From the NCBI GenBank assembly GCA_036172245.1, contig JAYWIR010000010.1, positions 1,984,001 to 2,048,000 on the forward strand: a stretch of DNA of 64,000 bases, in the 5' to 3' direction. This document shows positions 49,421-63,260 of this stretch, in pieces. The DNA comes from Raillietiella orientalis (taxonomy: Eukaryota). Position 1 is the first letter of the stretch. Each line of letters starts with the position of its first letter. Position numbers and translations under genes: made by a program. The notes under the pieces were generated by a model. The model saw only the letters and a list, made by a program, of their open reading frames with translations. It was not told the DNA's origin and searched no databases.

Positions 49421-52400
49421 ACGCGGCAAAAAAAATCTAGAAAGAAAGTAGAGAAGGCAGAATAATCCTAGACGATTCCCATCATCCAAAGCCAATTATC
49501 AGTGACTGGAGAGGTATAGGGAATCCGCATCGCTTTATGTGTGGCAAGTCTTGGCTCCCCATCATCTGGATCAGCTTGGCAACTCCTTCCATGCAGTTCG
49601 TTCGCCGCCTTCGCAGAAGCCGATCGGAGGCTACTCCGGTCTTCGTCCCGCTTCCGGCCGATTCTCGACCGGAAGCGGGATGCCAGGACCATTCTTCCGA
49701 CGCTCCCGCGAGCTTGAGTCCTGTCAACGATCTGCGTCCATCAACTGGATCGCGCTCTCTGGTGGGAGAACAGACAGACCTCTCTGCTCGCGTTCGTCCG
49801 TTCGGCCCGCCCGTGGCAACTCCAGGCGAGTCTTTTGGCGGGTGGCCGCCACTCCGAGCGTACGGAAGAGAAGAGCCCGTTCGGGAGCAGAGCAGCTTTC
49901 TCCTTCGGAAGACGTGCAGGAAGCGTCTCCACGTGGTAGGAGACACGCAAACGCGAGAAAAGCTCCTCCGAGATGAGGAGGAGAGAGAGCCATCTTGTCC
50001 TCTCGTCCGAAACTTCTCCATAGTAGCGCTCTCATTGGCAATTCGTTCTGCGACCAGCGTGACCCCACGAACGCCCAAAGATCCGAGAGATGCGATCGTT
50101 TGGGACGTTCGTGAGAGCGAAATTGAATTCGCTTGATGACTACCTAACCGAATGAGATGTCCATTCAGAGATGATCCCTCCGAACTTCTCGTCGGAAAGA
50201 ACGCACGGAGGCATGTGTCCTATTCCGGGGTGGCCGTCCACCTGGAACACCTGATCCCATTGCAGGGGAGAGAGAAAGAAAGTTCCGGAGGCATTCCAGA
50301 GTGACCTCTGCTCTACCGATGGCTCAAAGCTGCTTCTTCATCTTGAGGATCCCACGTTTGGGGGGTTGCACCAAGAATTCCGAGACATTCCCATTCCCCG
50401 ATCCCTTCCTAGTTGCTTCCTCAAAATATGCCGAGTGAACACGGAAACGCAACATCAGCAGAGAATGCGAAAGTGGTTTCGGAAACAAAGAGGATGGCTG
50501 TCCAGAGAAGGGAGGACGGAGGGGCAGCAGCCAAACTTCCAGATTTTCGGCGATGACGGCTCCTCCCCGGTTTGAGAAATCGTGCAGATGATGACAGGCG
50601 CGAGCGAAGATGAAACGCCTGCGGCCTAGAAGGTCAAACGGGAAGACAGCGGCTGGTAACTGGACGGTGAACGTTGCCGACGGTGGCAGCGACAGAGGCG
50701 CATCAACTCATGGATTTCTGGCATCGCGCGCTTCGTGACGGCGTTCCACCCCTCTCCGATCTCTCCGCCACTCCGTTGGACAGACTCAAGTTCCATGCTC
50801 GCTGAGTGATCTCACGAAGCCATCCGAAAGCTGCCTCTAGCGACCAAGACGCATCCCCTTTTCTGGCGTTTTCCGTGGGCAGCTGCGACCACGGCGATCT
50901 CGATGAACACTTGGTCCTGGCTTGCTGCCTCGGACAGAGCTTACTGGAGGACCTCCTGTCTTCCGTGAAGTTCTGCCGAGCTGCCGCTGGTTCATCTGCA
51001 TGGGTCCTGCGTCCACTCTGGAACTTCTTGGCTGCATTTCATACTTAAGCATCAGGGTGCAAGCCTCATTTTTTTTTTCTTACCCAGGAATTAACCCAAT
51101 CTCTTTTTTGGCAGAGGCAACCCTCTGACGAAGAATTCTGCTAGGGATAGCGTCATTGTGCAAGGAGTATTAGGGAGAGCGGCGTTGCACGTACGTGACA
51201 AAAGATGGCTGAGGAGGATGCGACTGGTAGAGTAGTGCAGGCAAGCATCCTCTCCGAATGAGATCTTCATGCGTGCTCGACTTCCTTGAGACTGCCGTGC
51301 TTCAAGGGGAGGGACTCTACGATGCTCGTCCGCACGAGCGATCCTTGAAGATCGTTCCCCGCTGAGGGACGAGGAGATCCCTCATCTCTCAAGGAAGAGT
51401 TCTGGTCTTCAGCTCATCTCTTTGTCGTTGACTGATCATCGTGCCGTCGACTCATCTCCAGAACTCATCTCCAGGTCGCTGGCTCGCCTCCGTACATCGA
51501 CCTGGAGGAAGGGTTCTGGTGCGTCAGCAAGGTGGGTATTGTGCGGGTTCCCCGCCTAGTGCATTAGTAGCAGCTGAGAAAGTTCGAGACTGACCGGATT
51601 TGCTCCTGAGCGACATCAGGCTACTGACCTGGAAATCTTTCGATCCGCCAAGCAGTAAGGCAAATGAGTCATCCCCATGCCTACCGATCGAGGAGATTCC
51701 GAGGTCTCTCGGACGAGGGCAACCAAAAGCAACTTCGCAGCCGACAGCTCCTTCCAGTCAACTTCGTCAAACGAAAGCACTCATCCCAAAGAGTGTCACG
51801 ATCATCGGTAAAAGGATCACAGGTACCGCGGACGGAGGAGGAATATGGGAAGTTCGTGTCTGGAGCGATCGATGGGAAGTCCAGCGAACCCGGTCCAGAC
51901 ATCAGCCCTGCGAATGGGCGGTGGGCACGAAGGTTTCTGGTCGGATGAAGGTAACATGGGCGTAACGAGCCGGAGATCACTGCCTGAAGTTCTTCACAGG
52001 GGCGTGAGGGGGAAGGCTGGCTCCAGTGTGCACGTCATCCGACGAGGGGACCGTAGCTTCCAGCTTTAGGGAAACCTTCTGAACAAAGGAGCGTCAACTT
52101 CCTGTCCTGAACAAAAGAGTGCCACTTCCTACCTGTTGTCGCCGTCCAGCACTTCTTGTGCTGGACGACTACGAGCATTTTCCATCGGGACATTTTCCAT
52201 TTTCTGGAAGAGACTTCAGGGATCACAGATCCTCGAACTTCACGTGCGGTTGAGCGTGGCCCACCACGAAGTGTCGCGGGCGCACAGCAGGTGTGTGATC
52301 TGGGAAGTCCCTCCAGGCACTGCGTTCGGGTGTGGCTGTCGAAAGACACGGACAACTGACGCTTCTGATTGGGAGAGCGAACCGGAAGCATCGGCAGCTA

Positions 52401-53289
52401 GTGACACTCGACCTGTCTGGCCCTGGAATGAAATTCCAAACTTCGACTAGGTCTTGTGCCTTAGGGTGAGGTGCAGGTGACCCCTATGGGAACTTAGCGG
52501 AGGCTCCAGACAAATCAGGATAGCGAGAAGGAAGCGAAGGCCGGGGACTGGTTCTCTGCCTTGCTAGGAGTCTCAGCCATCGAATTGCTCACAAAAATCG
52601 TGTTGGATGGAACACACAAGGCATGGCTTGAGGTCTGCATAAGGAAGAAGACTAGCATGCTCTGGATGTACCATAACGGAACTGCAGCCCACTGGCCACG
52701 CGCGGAAAGGGAGCTCTGAGTTTTCCAAAAGGAGATCTTTCTACGACGTCTTTGAATTGGTCTGTTTTCTTCTACTGCTTCTCTAGTTTAGCTTCGAGCT
52801 GCGAACTACTGATCTTAGTAGAATTCCTACACATTTTGTCGGCTTCCCTTATCTTCGGAAGCAAGGAGGTTGCTATGAGACCTCAAGGATTTCTGGAGCA
52901 GTCAGGCATGCCTAGGAGAAGGGCAGACTTTGATGCCATGATGACTGCTTCCTTGCTGGAAACTTAAATGGGATCCTTTGACTTGAGGTGGATCTACAAA
53001 AGTTCTTCAAGCACTTCTCGAGAACAGCCTTCAGTCCGAGTGAGTGAAGGAAATGGAAATGAATTGCTTAATCATTTAATGAGAAGGAAGGAGAGATGTT
53101 CTACTGAAATCTTAGCAGATTTAATTAAGATTAGGGAAAAACGAGGGAAGAAATTTGTATGTTCAATGTTATTTTGCAATACTTAATTAGCTTATATAAA
53201 ATTGTGTGAAGGATTAACCTGATTAAAAGTAATTCTCAATATATATTATGCAAATTAAATATATTCTATAAGATAATGATATTTGATTA

Positions 53290-54166
53290 CATTACCTTAG
53301 ACTTTCTTATAATGCGAGGTAGACTTGCCTCGTTGTGAGGATCCACGTTATACGAGCCCTATGGGTTACAACTGAATGATGTGATAGGATTTATGAACAT
53401 AAAATGCAAACGTTATAGCAGTAGAATATGCATTACTTCACTTCACAAATGTTAATTTATCATTTAGCTTAAATAAAAAAGTGCTTTTAGAGTCTTGTTA
53501 TTTAACCCTTTGAGTGCGGGGCTCACCATATTTGAACGTTCCGTGTTGACGGCACGCAGTGGAGATCCCTGTCGACGGAACGCTTTTTCGCGTACCGCGT
53601 GCTCTTATCAGAGGTACCCATCGACTACATAAAGTGCTGATTGTAATTGTTTATTTACACCGCATTAAATAAAATATTTTCATTTTTACCAAACATATAT
53701 TATTTATTTAAAAATTACAATTATAATTCGAATAAATCGATAATTTATTCACATTTTTGAAGTATCACAAAGATGAAAAACATCATCATAAATTCTATAC
53801 GGTATCGAGGAAAACCGAGAACAGTCAGCCGATATAAATAGAATTTTGTTTACTGTCGTTGCCAAGGGAATTACAAAAACGTAAGTGTATACGTCCATCT
53901 CGAACATTGATAGTGTTAACTTATGTCGCGTGTATCAGGTAAAAAAAACATCTGCCAAACGCATATAAGAGTCCATAGTGCTCAAAGGGTTAATCAATTT
54001 AGACAATTCAATTTCACTCCGCCGTTCTCGTTCTTCAACCTGCTTAGACCATGTGTTCACATCCTTTTGCAAAACCGCTGAACTGACCCTTTGCCACAAA
54101 ATGAAAATTCGACCATCGAGTTGTACGGGGCTGATTCACCGCGTTATACGGATGCGGGGATCTACT
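53290..54166. mobile_element. Degenerate pogo/Tigger-like element hosting a piggyBac MITE
   Basis: Right end ...CGCGTTATACGGATGCGGGATCTACTG|TA. A degenerate left end carries TTATAATGCG and CGTTATACG motifs. Confidence 0.4.
53506..53989. mobile_element. piggyBac-like MITE
   Basis: TTAA|CCCTTTGAG ... CTCAAAGGG|TTAA: a perfect 9 bp TIR core with TTAA TSD and an AT-rich non-coding interior. Confidence 0.85.
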
Positions 54167-56399
54167 GTATCCACATTGCACATGGTATTCTATATAATGT
54201 TTACAATCTGCCGTAGAAGAAGGGATTGGGATGTGCTTTGAACTGTGAGCACCTTACAAATTTCTTTAATAATCAACGGATCCTCAGTATTCTATAATGA
54301 AGCATAAGACAGTACACATACAATTAAACAACGTGTTTTACAGGGATTGCAGAGTTCCCATACCACATTTCTCACAGTTTGTTTTCTCGATCGCCGAGAA
54401 AGCTCTTTCACTCAACCGCTCACTGCTGCGTTTTGAAGTGTCCAGGGAAGAAGGACCTCTCTTTCCTAGTCATCGCGTGCAGAGCATCCGCTCTGCATCC
54501 GATAAGGATTATGGAAAACAGGTTCATCCAAGAGTGGATGTTAGAAAGGACAGGATTAGTTCGGCAGGCAGTGACCATGAACGCCCTCGCAAGGGTCTAA
54601 GCGTCAGGAAAGAAATCGCAACCGTTGGCTCTCGCTGTTGCCAGCCTCAAACAGAAGGAACCCAGTCGATTCGTAGTTGACGCAGAGGAGACCCCTGGAA
54701 ATGTTCTTCGCATTCAGAGCAACAGTGACACGTTGATCTCCAAGGCAAGGTTGAGGATCGTCAGACTGTCTACCGAGCCTCAGGGTGAGCGAGCCTTTTA
54801 TGATCTTTTGACCGTCTCGAGTTGCCTCGTACAATCCAAACCGATCTCACTGAGGCGCTTCTATTACGACTTTCCCAGATGAGCACCATCTTATTTGAGG
54901 ACATCGCCACAATAAGGACGGCTGTCCAGAGACGGACTGACGGAGAGGCAAATGCGAAAGTTCCAGATTTCCGGCGACGGGGGCTCCTCCCCGGTTTGAG
55001 AAGTCGTCCAGCTGGTGGCAGACGCGAGCGAAGATGAAGCGACTGCGACCCAGGTCAAACGGAAAGATGGAGGGTGGCGGTTCGGCGGAGAACGGTGCTG
55101 ACGGTGGCAGCGATGAAGGCGCATCAACTCAGTTCAGTGACCAGGTGTTCTTGACCTCAGATCCCTGCTTCAGCATTCTGTTGCAGGCTCCTCCCGATTT
55201 GAGAGATCGTTCGGCTGGTGGCAGATGCGAGCGAAGATGAAGCGGCTGCGGCCGAGAATGTCAAACAGGAAAACTGCAGGTGGTAGCTGGACCATTAAAA
55301 TGGAGGAAAGAAAGATTCCCGTAACCATCGAGTTGCGGTGATAAACTCGGAACACTCTTTTGCACCGGCGAGTGCTGGCGGGGATTTTTTCATGGTGCCT
55401 GGCAGCAAAGCTCAAGACTTGCGAGAACCGAGATCACGAATCGTTGCCGCCAAGCGAAGCAGGAAACGTCCATCTTGCTGGAGCGAGCCACTCGCTGTCC
55501 AGCCGAAGGCTCTGCCCGGGAAAGGCGATCCGGGAGCAACGAGAACGTGTCTGGAGACGGGGAGGCAAGGCGAGAACGCATCCTTCCCCGCAAGCCATCT
55601 CGAATTTCCCCACCCCGGGTTCTGCAGCCCGGGGACATGGGTGCCAGGCGCAGTTCTGTACTTTCGGGGTGCTCGTGCCCTCCCCAGAGAGGGAGGGGAA
55701 AGCAATGTCAACAAAGGAGTCTTTGCACCCGAAAGGAAGCTCCTGGATTCCTGCCTCTTTTGCAGAGGCCCTCTAGAGGGAGCCGGGCGTCCGGTCGCGC
55801 TTCCAGAAACCAGTGGAGGATGGCGGGAACTGATGTTTACTTAAGGGATTTCCTCTGAGCGACAGCGGAAGTTGACTCTATAAGGAAGGAAACGCCGCAA
55901 GCCTCGCCGCACCAGTCCGAGGTGGCGACTGCATATGGTTGCGGAATGCCCCCCAGGAGATGAAGGGGCATGGCCGCGCAAGAAAAATCGGCATGGTAGT
56001 TGTTTCTTGCCCTGCCCTAGCCTCTGCTTGTTTGCCCGAAGCAAAGCGTCAGGTTCCTGTCGCCTTCTGGCTGTCCCGAGAGGTGCCGTCTGCCTTCCCA
56101 CGCCACCTCTCGCTCCTCGAGGGATTCCTCCTGTGACCAGTGACGCTTTTACCCTGGCACGACCGGAAAGTTCGAGAGTGATGCCTTCATCCAATGGAAA
56201 ATTCGCATGCACGGACAGATACGTCCCACATCTTTCTCATCCCAACATATTCCTTCTCACTAAGGGGAGCAAGTTGGCAAGGAGGCAGAATCCGTCTGAT
56301 GTGGATACCAACGCAAAGCAGCATGCTGGTCATCAGCAATTAGTCCAGGGAGCTGCATTGGTTCGGTTAGGTTCGGAAACATTGGAAGACATTCCTACT

Positions 56400-56545
56400 T
56401 AGATTTCCAATGCATCGCAGCATCCTGTGAGCTTCAGTACCATATGCAATGTGCCTTAGGCATCTTCCTATGTGAGCTACATTGGTTGAAGTACTCAAGA
56501 CATTTTGATACAGACCTCCGAGTTTGAAAGGACTCTTTTCTTGCA
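56400..56545 (-). mobile_element. Penelope-like GIY-YIG remnant
   Basis: GGLYQ...HIGRCLRHIAYGTEAH resembles GVVY...YIG.T.R.L..R..EH. Confidence 0.5.
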
Positions 56546-58659
56546 TCGTCCTTGCTTCAGTCGTTTTCTTATTTTCCACCGCATCATAGGAACGGAGTGA
56601 TGCTGAGTTTTGCGTCTGAGGAATCGAAAGATCGCAACAGAGGGCTCTGTTTGCTGCTCTCAAAATACGATTGCTTTGTCGGGCCGAGTCGGGCTACGCA
56701 CCTTGTCGAAGTCCACCGACTGACCGGCGAACGTCACGTCTCCCCTTTCCAGTTCGGAAGTCCGAGAGGGCAAAAACGCCGGATTTCCCCAGTACCAGTC
56801 TCCCCTAGTGATGACGCTCCCTCGATGTTCCGCTGATGTTCTGGGCGCGGGGGGTTCGGGGGAGGATCTGCCGAATCCTCATGCGTGGAAAGGGCAAGGG
56901 ATGCTGGAGAAGGACAGTTTCTGCTCGAAATCTGCAGCGAAGAGGCGTTTCGTCCCAATCGCTCATCGCCACGCCACGCCGCGCCTCAGCTTCCCGGAGT
57001 CCGGCGCACGGTGAGCCAAAACGAAGAGAGGAACGCGTGGAATGCGTGCGTGGGGAAGAACGAAAAAAACGAACCCTCGTTGGAAGTGGACGGCTTTCCG
57101 GTGGCCACAGGCCGAGCGTGCTGTGCTGAACCAGGCTGCTCCTGCAAAAACTCTTGCATGGCCGGATGTTGCATTCGCCTGTACCTGCTCGTGGAAGGGA
57201 TTTCGTCGCCTGTTTCAGGAAAATCGTTCTCTTCTGGATCTCAAGCGATCCGTGGGCCGCAGTAACCCTGGACCCTGATGCGAGTGAGGGTGGGGTATCA
57301 ACACGTGTCAAGCTGCCGAGCCTCGGTCCACAGAAAGGGGACGAGTCTTTATGAGTGGCTGCCCTGATGATGTCGGGACGGGATGGCATCCGGCGACCGG
57401 AGTTGCTGCAGGATTTCCATGGAGATGCGAGCCGTCATTCCAGGCGCGGCATGCGAAAAGCCCCAGAACGTTCGGGATGGCTCCGGAGGCCATGAGAGGC
57501 CAAGGGAGGCCAGAAGAACAGGGGAGCGACTCTCCAGCTGACCTCCAAACGGATCCGGGAATCAGTGTGCACGTCATCCGGACGAGATCAAGTGGGCTCA
57601 TGGGATTCGGGAAACGAGTACTTCTCAGTCAAAGAAGAACAAACGGTGCAAGCCGACGTGGAGTCAAGAGAAGCGCATCTTGTGCAAAGGACCTCGAGTC
57701 GATACCCCCGTTCTCTCCACCGCCTTTCGGTACCCAAAGGAGCCCGCCCCTTCTTCCACATCGCCCCTACCCAGTCGGATGCCCCTGTGGATGCCTTCCT
57801 CCCTCACTCTGCATGTAGGCCACTTCGGCCTTCCCTAGCAACCGAGTCAGGCTGAGTCCTACTCCCCTGTTGTGGGCAGGTCGTTGTCTTTCCCTGCTTC
57901 TGGATTCTCGATAGCAGTCAAGGGACACCCCGAGTGGAGCCGTTCTGCGCACAGTAGCGAGGAAGGGAACCCGGGTCATCGCGCTCGACGAAAGCTGCCC
58001 GTCTGGAGGCACCGCGCCAGCATCCAGAAAGGAGCGTGGGCGGATGGTTCCTGTTCGCGTTTGCAAGCGATAGCTGGGTCCGATGACCAGGGGATCTTCC
58101 GCCACCTCGCACGACCTTCCATCACAATCGAGGCGGCTAGCACCTCAGCAGGTGGCCCAAGCTGTGCTTCCAATGAACCTTTCCCAGAGCAGCACGTTGG
58201 GGCACGCCGCATCCTTCCTTCCTGCTGGGCGCCAGACCCATCCCTTAGGGATGCTCAGATCCATTCTCATCCGTCGCTTTACAAGCCCCGTTGTCCTGGG
58301 GAACCAGCGACGATCGCTCTGACGGATGCTGGCGCGGAGAAGTGGGGAGTCCGTCCTCTTTGCCTTCCTTCGCCTCGCTTCTTCTGCAGAAAGCCCGTAG
58401 GAGCAAACAGCTCCGCTCCTCCTGCTTTCCTGTCGCCCTGGAGCGCCTACCGAACCAGGAAACAGTTCTGATCCGGTTCCGGGAACGTTTTTTTTTTTTT
58501 TTTATGAGGCCAGTAGCGCGACCTCAGGGGGAGATCGTCACCATGGGCCTAGGATCGACGGAATCCTTCTGGGTTCTTTTCCGCTCCCTCCGTTTTCCTT
58601 TCAGTTTTTTTTTTTTTTTTTCTGGGGTGGGGTGGGGTGGGGGGGGGGGAAGAAGGGTC

Positions 58660-59128
58660 CTTTATTTTGGTTCGTTAAGTGCTGAAGAACCGTTCGCCTT
58701 AGGGCTCACGAAGCTCTTTGACGCTGTTGTACGCCACCCGAGGGTGCGTGCGTGTTAACTCTTCAAGTTATGGGGGCTGCCTTGGGAGAAGACCACCCTA
58801 TGAATCCAGGAAGGCTCCGGCGAAAGGGATCCCTTCTCTTACGATTGGCAGGGGACCCTCCACCCTGATTGCCTTCGAATGGGACCCTGAGGGAAGATCC
58901 TTTTCCTTATTTTTTCCGTAGGGACCCTCAGGAGAGACCGCTCCACCGTTTCTTCTTCGAAGGGAACCCTAAAAGGATCCGCTTTTGAATTTCTCCTCTG
59001 GAGGGACCCCCCGGAAAGGATCCGCTCCCCGTTATCCCTCCGAAGAGAACCCCAAAGGGTCGCTTTCTAATTTCTCTCTAGGGGGCTCCCCGAAGGGAGT
59101 AGCGCACTTCACACTCTAGAGAGGTATC
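58660..59128 (-). mobile_element. VNTR SINE copy 7, body and tail (head at 59691-59832)
   Basis: The clearest VNTR, 38-41 bp units at ~58880-59100, plus the conserved tail. Confidence 0.8.
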
Positions 59129-59690
59129 CCCTCCCGCACCTGCTTGTGGATTCTGTTGCACTCCGGTCCCCTCTGGGAGCTCTTTGCCGCGACCCTAGGA
59201 ACCCCGGCGGCAAATCCAGGGACACATGGAGACCCTCCCTCGTACGTGACGCCCTTCGGCCGGCAGCCTCGCTAGCAGCTCTCTGCTGCCTGTGTGGGAT
59301 TATAGCTGCCGGCCTGGCGCCACGCAAGAGGAGAACGGAACGACAGGGATGCCACATCCACTTCGCTTCATGAGGATGGCAATAACACGGCTGTACTTGG
59401 ATCATATGCAGCGTGAACTTGCCAGCGTTCTCGAAAGGATGCAGAGGACCGCCCTCAGCAGAACGTGACCCCTTCCCGAATGCCTCCCCCCTTTTTTGAC
59501 TGTATCTTTTGTTTTATATTTTTCTTTTTGTTTTTCTCTCCTACACCTGTGCTGCCGAGGTGACCCCGCTGGCCGGCGTGCCAGTTCCCGGCAGGTTCCT
59601 TCTCGTAGTTATAAGTAACGTGGTAGGATCAAACGTCCTGCCACAGACATTTATTTTTTATAAATAAACGCCCCGGAGTGATCGGGTGTC
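59129..59690 (+). mobile_element. LINE family B 3' fragment inside SINE copy 7
   Basis: LPHLLVD...ELASVLERMQRT and the full 3' UTR. Confidence 0.8.
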
Positions 59691-59832
59691 AACCAGTGCT
59701 ATAGCATCCGAATAGGCCGACCGACTTCATCTTGCGGGGGGAACTCGAAACCCACGATGCACCCCCATTTCTCTGGCGTCGATCTCCCACGTGAGAATTC
59801 GAACCCGCAACACTTGACACTCGCCAGCGCGG
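59691..59832 (-). repeat. SINE head of copy 7
   Basis: Minus strand GCGGGTTCGAATTC...GTGGGTTTCGAGTTCCCCCCGC. Confidence 0.75.
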
Positions 59833-60696
59833 ACAAAAAACGGGTTGATTAGAGGCTGCCAACTCCCATCTTTCTTGAGCAGTGCCCTTCATCTGAGCTA
59901 GCAGTTTATCCTGTTTCTCGATGGCCGGATATATACTTCAGTCACTACAGTCAAGGGACGCTTCTCCTTCCTTGTATCTCTTGCATACGGGTTCAGCCCC
60001 ATTTCTGGTATGCGCGGCATGATGCTTTTGATGCCTGTGGACCAGTTTACAATCGGAGAGTCTTGCATTTTCGCTGGTGGACGGGGATGATGCCCCAAGG
60101 CACGATGTTATTCCAAATAACACGTGGTCTTCTCCTGGACGGGGCTCTTTTCCACGAGGGGGAGCCGTTGGAAGGGGGAGTCCTGGCTTGACCTTTCCAC
60201 CATCAGGAGGAACCCAAGGGTGAGTTCGCACGATATCCCTCGGGCTTATAGGAATGTTGAGGTACCGAGGACGACAACCCTTGGAAAGAGCTTGAAGAAC
60301 GTATGCGAATTGGCTCAGTGTGATGGCGGACGCGTTAGCTGGGGCATCAGTCAAATGACCGGGGCACAAACCTACCTAGTCGAGTTGTCTAAAGAACACG
60401 GACCTTCAGACCTGCGCGACCACGACGAAACTTGAGAGAACATGTGTGGTCCAACAGAGAATATCCCAGTGGCAAAGGAAAGGTGGGGATTCGAACCACA
60501 GCCGTCGCCTACGTCAGGCAGCATTCCCACTTCAGTCTGGAACCTCCACCCTAGAGCATCCATCACGAGCCAGCTCTCCTCCGGCATCGAGGAGGCTGAC
60601 CAAGCTGAGGAAACGAGGGTGCTTCCTCCCTTTTGCCTGAGATCAACTCCAAACCACCCAAGTCGTGCTTCCGACCCCGTGTATTGAAGCTGTTTC

Positions 60697-61780
60697 CCAC
60701 CCGGGTGCTCCGGGGAGTTTATTACTAAACTATCCGGGAACAGAGTTCCTGGACAAAGGAGACAGAAAAAACGAAGGGAGGGATCCCCGACACGCAGGTC
60801 GGTAAACCGAAAGTCCGGAAGGGGAGGGAGGGGACCACCAATGCTTATATAAAAAATATAAATAAAGATATGGGGAGGGGAGGGGACAGGGGTCTTGACT
60901 TTGGCCGTTCCTTTCCTTCAGAACTGGCGTTGTATGCCGGAGATCTCGCTCCTCACTTCTTCCGGAAGATGGACCCACTTGGCAGCCGACGTCATGTTCT
61001 CGTCGGCTATTCCGGTGGCCTGTCGGCGAATCGCCAGCTTCTCCAGCTCTCGGTGGGCCTTGGGCCAGCTCTCGATGGCGCGGGTGCAACAGACAGTTGC
61101 AATAACAGCACCTAAGGACAGACCGCCTGGCGTGAAGAAGCGGCACATCTCTTGCGGTGTCCCCCTGGTGCAGGAGAGCTGAGGCCAGCCTCCGCCATAG
61201 TCCTTGGAGGACAGCGCAGTCCAAAAGCCGGTGAGGAAGCGTTTCCACTTCTCCACACCTTTTGCAGTTCGGGGAGGCAACTCCCCCGGAAACAAGGTCC
61301 GTGCGCCGGTTGCGATGGAAACTCCAATGCACCAGCATGATGACGTCCTGCTTCCACGAAAGGGGGAACGCAGAAGTGTTCGAGCACGAGGGAGGGACCA
61401 CAAGTTCTTCGGGGGGCACACTCAAGAGTTCGTTCCACCGAAGGAGTCCCTTCTAGATGTTGCGAGGCATGGCGGCGTCTGCCAGCTCGCTAGTCCTCCA
61501 GCCGCCCATGGGTCGGGTTGCTCCTGCGATGGTGCAGGCGACCTCCCACCTCGCCGGTAGGCGGGGTGGGAGGTCATCACTTGTCCTGAGGAATGACAGC
61601 GCGTCGGCGAGGGGCGTGACGGCCAGGCGAGTCCACTTCTCCTGGTTGTTCATCCGTACAGTACGGAGAGAGATTGACTCAGCGGAGTTCCAAAAGTAGG
61701 TGTCTTGCAGCTGTTGTGCTGGCCTTCTGTCAGCGCCTTGAGTCTCGGAGCCTCTTCGATGGAGATGAGAATCTCTCAAA
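60697..61780 (-). mobile_element. LINE family A 5'-truncated copy
   Basis: LPARWEV, FPLSWKQD, CKRCGEVETLPHRLLDC, EEVRSEISGIQRQF* and the 3' UTR hairpins. Confidence 0.85.
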
Positions 61781-62939
61781 TCGCCTTTGGATGGAGGTGC
61801 AGCTGAGGTTAAGGTTGAAGCTGGAGTCCGTTCAGGCTTCCCGGCTGCTTGTCGAGGGACGCAGACTTTTGCGGAAGACGGGAGCAGGTGGCACTGTAGA
61901 GGATGGTAAGCGTTCCTGCGAGAACCTCCCTTTCTTTCTCAAGCCGCTGAGATGCCCGCTCTGATTAGCATGGCGTCGCTGCCTTCCCCCGACCACCTGG
62001 GTGGAACGAAAGCTTCCGGAAACTTCCCGAATACAACTCGAGTCCTCATTTCCTGAGATAAAAATTTCAAGTAACCTGGAAACAAAGATGCAAGACACAG
62101 CTCGTGGGGTTTCCTCATCTCCTTCCTACCGCTCTCACGGGATCTCGCTGCTCAACTCTGCTTCCTATGAAGTGGAACCCCGAACTCTTTGAGTGCTTCA
62201 TCCTTGTGGGCATTCGAGAAGGGAAGCAGCCTCCCGAAAAGTGCAGTGGGTCAAGCATCATTCGAGGTGTGGAGCCAGGAATTCTCCCAGAAACCAGTGC
62301 ACTATTTACGTCCACTGACATTTGCTACAGGCTGTTGAAGAAACCGAAGGCAGTTCATCTCGCTCATCACGTCAGAGAAGACCACTGTCCCGTTAAGAAC
62401 AACGTGGTGGATTTCCAGCCAAGTTCCCTAGGGATCCTGCGAAAGCCTTCTTGTTGGCAGAAAACCCGGTGCCTTCAGCCATTTCTGACCTCCGAATCAC
62501 ATCTGCAACATTTCCATTCTTGGGAACCCCCTCTATTGCCATTTACCCTTAAATTTTCACTTGAAGTGAAAGGGCGGGGGGCTGTGCAGACTGGCCAACG
62601 TTTCCGTCGTCTTCACATCCGTCCACTCAACTGCCCGAGGGCAGCACTGTCTACGAGAGAGGCTCTATCTTCGCAGACGAGTCCTAGACGAGCCAAGGTG
62701 CCAAAATATGTCTCGCGGGCAACTGGATGTTGGAACATATCGCCTTCTTCCCAGCGAGTTCCCACCTAGCGCCGTGGGATCTCTTACACTATCCCGTCTG
62801 TGACGGGAGTGCCAGGGGTCCCAAAGATGCAACGACGAATGCCTCCGTTGACGCAAGGGCTCTTTGGGCGGGAAAAGAGAGTACTCTTCGTGTGCGTTCC
62901 CCTTTCTGTCTCCCGCTTGATCTCTTCCGAAGTCTCTGA

Positions 62940-63260
62940 GTAGGTGTCGAAGAAGGAATGAGAGAGACATCCAGAACGATGGCTCGTCCCTCCGCACGCA
63001 GCACCAGTCCTGGGGCCCCGGGTCGATCTGAGGATCGACATCGGGTGCAGGCTTCCAGCTTCTGGTTCTTCCGAGAGGCCTTCTCGATGTGTGCTGCCAT
63101 CTCGTCGAGCTCCGGTGAGATTGGAGACTGGCTGAAGGCGCGGTGAACTGAACTCAGATTAACAGCGCCCCAAGGAAGCGTTCCTCTCAGGGTGACTGAG
63201 GCAGGAGGAGGTGCTCCGCCGTCGGGTTCCTCGAAGAATTGGCGGCACTTCAGCTCACTC
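62940..63260 (-). mobile_element. RLE-type non-LTR fragment
   Basis: CRQ..AEHLL...MAAHIEK...PGLVLRAEGRAIVLDVS, a PD.V...I.DV endonuclease motif. Confidence 0.6.

Noticed and set aside
58880..59100. ~40 bp periodic palindromic units resembling a CRISPR array
   Set aside because: The units are degenerate along their whole length with no unique spacers, lie inside a dispersed SINE, and no cas genes are present in this eukaryotic context.
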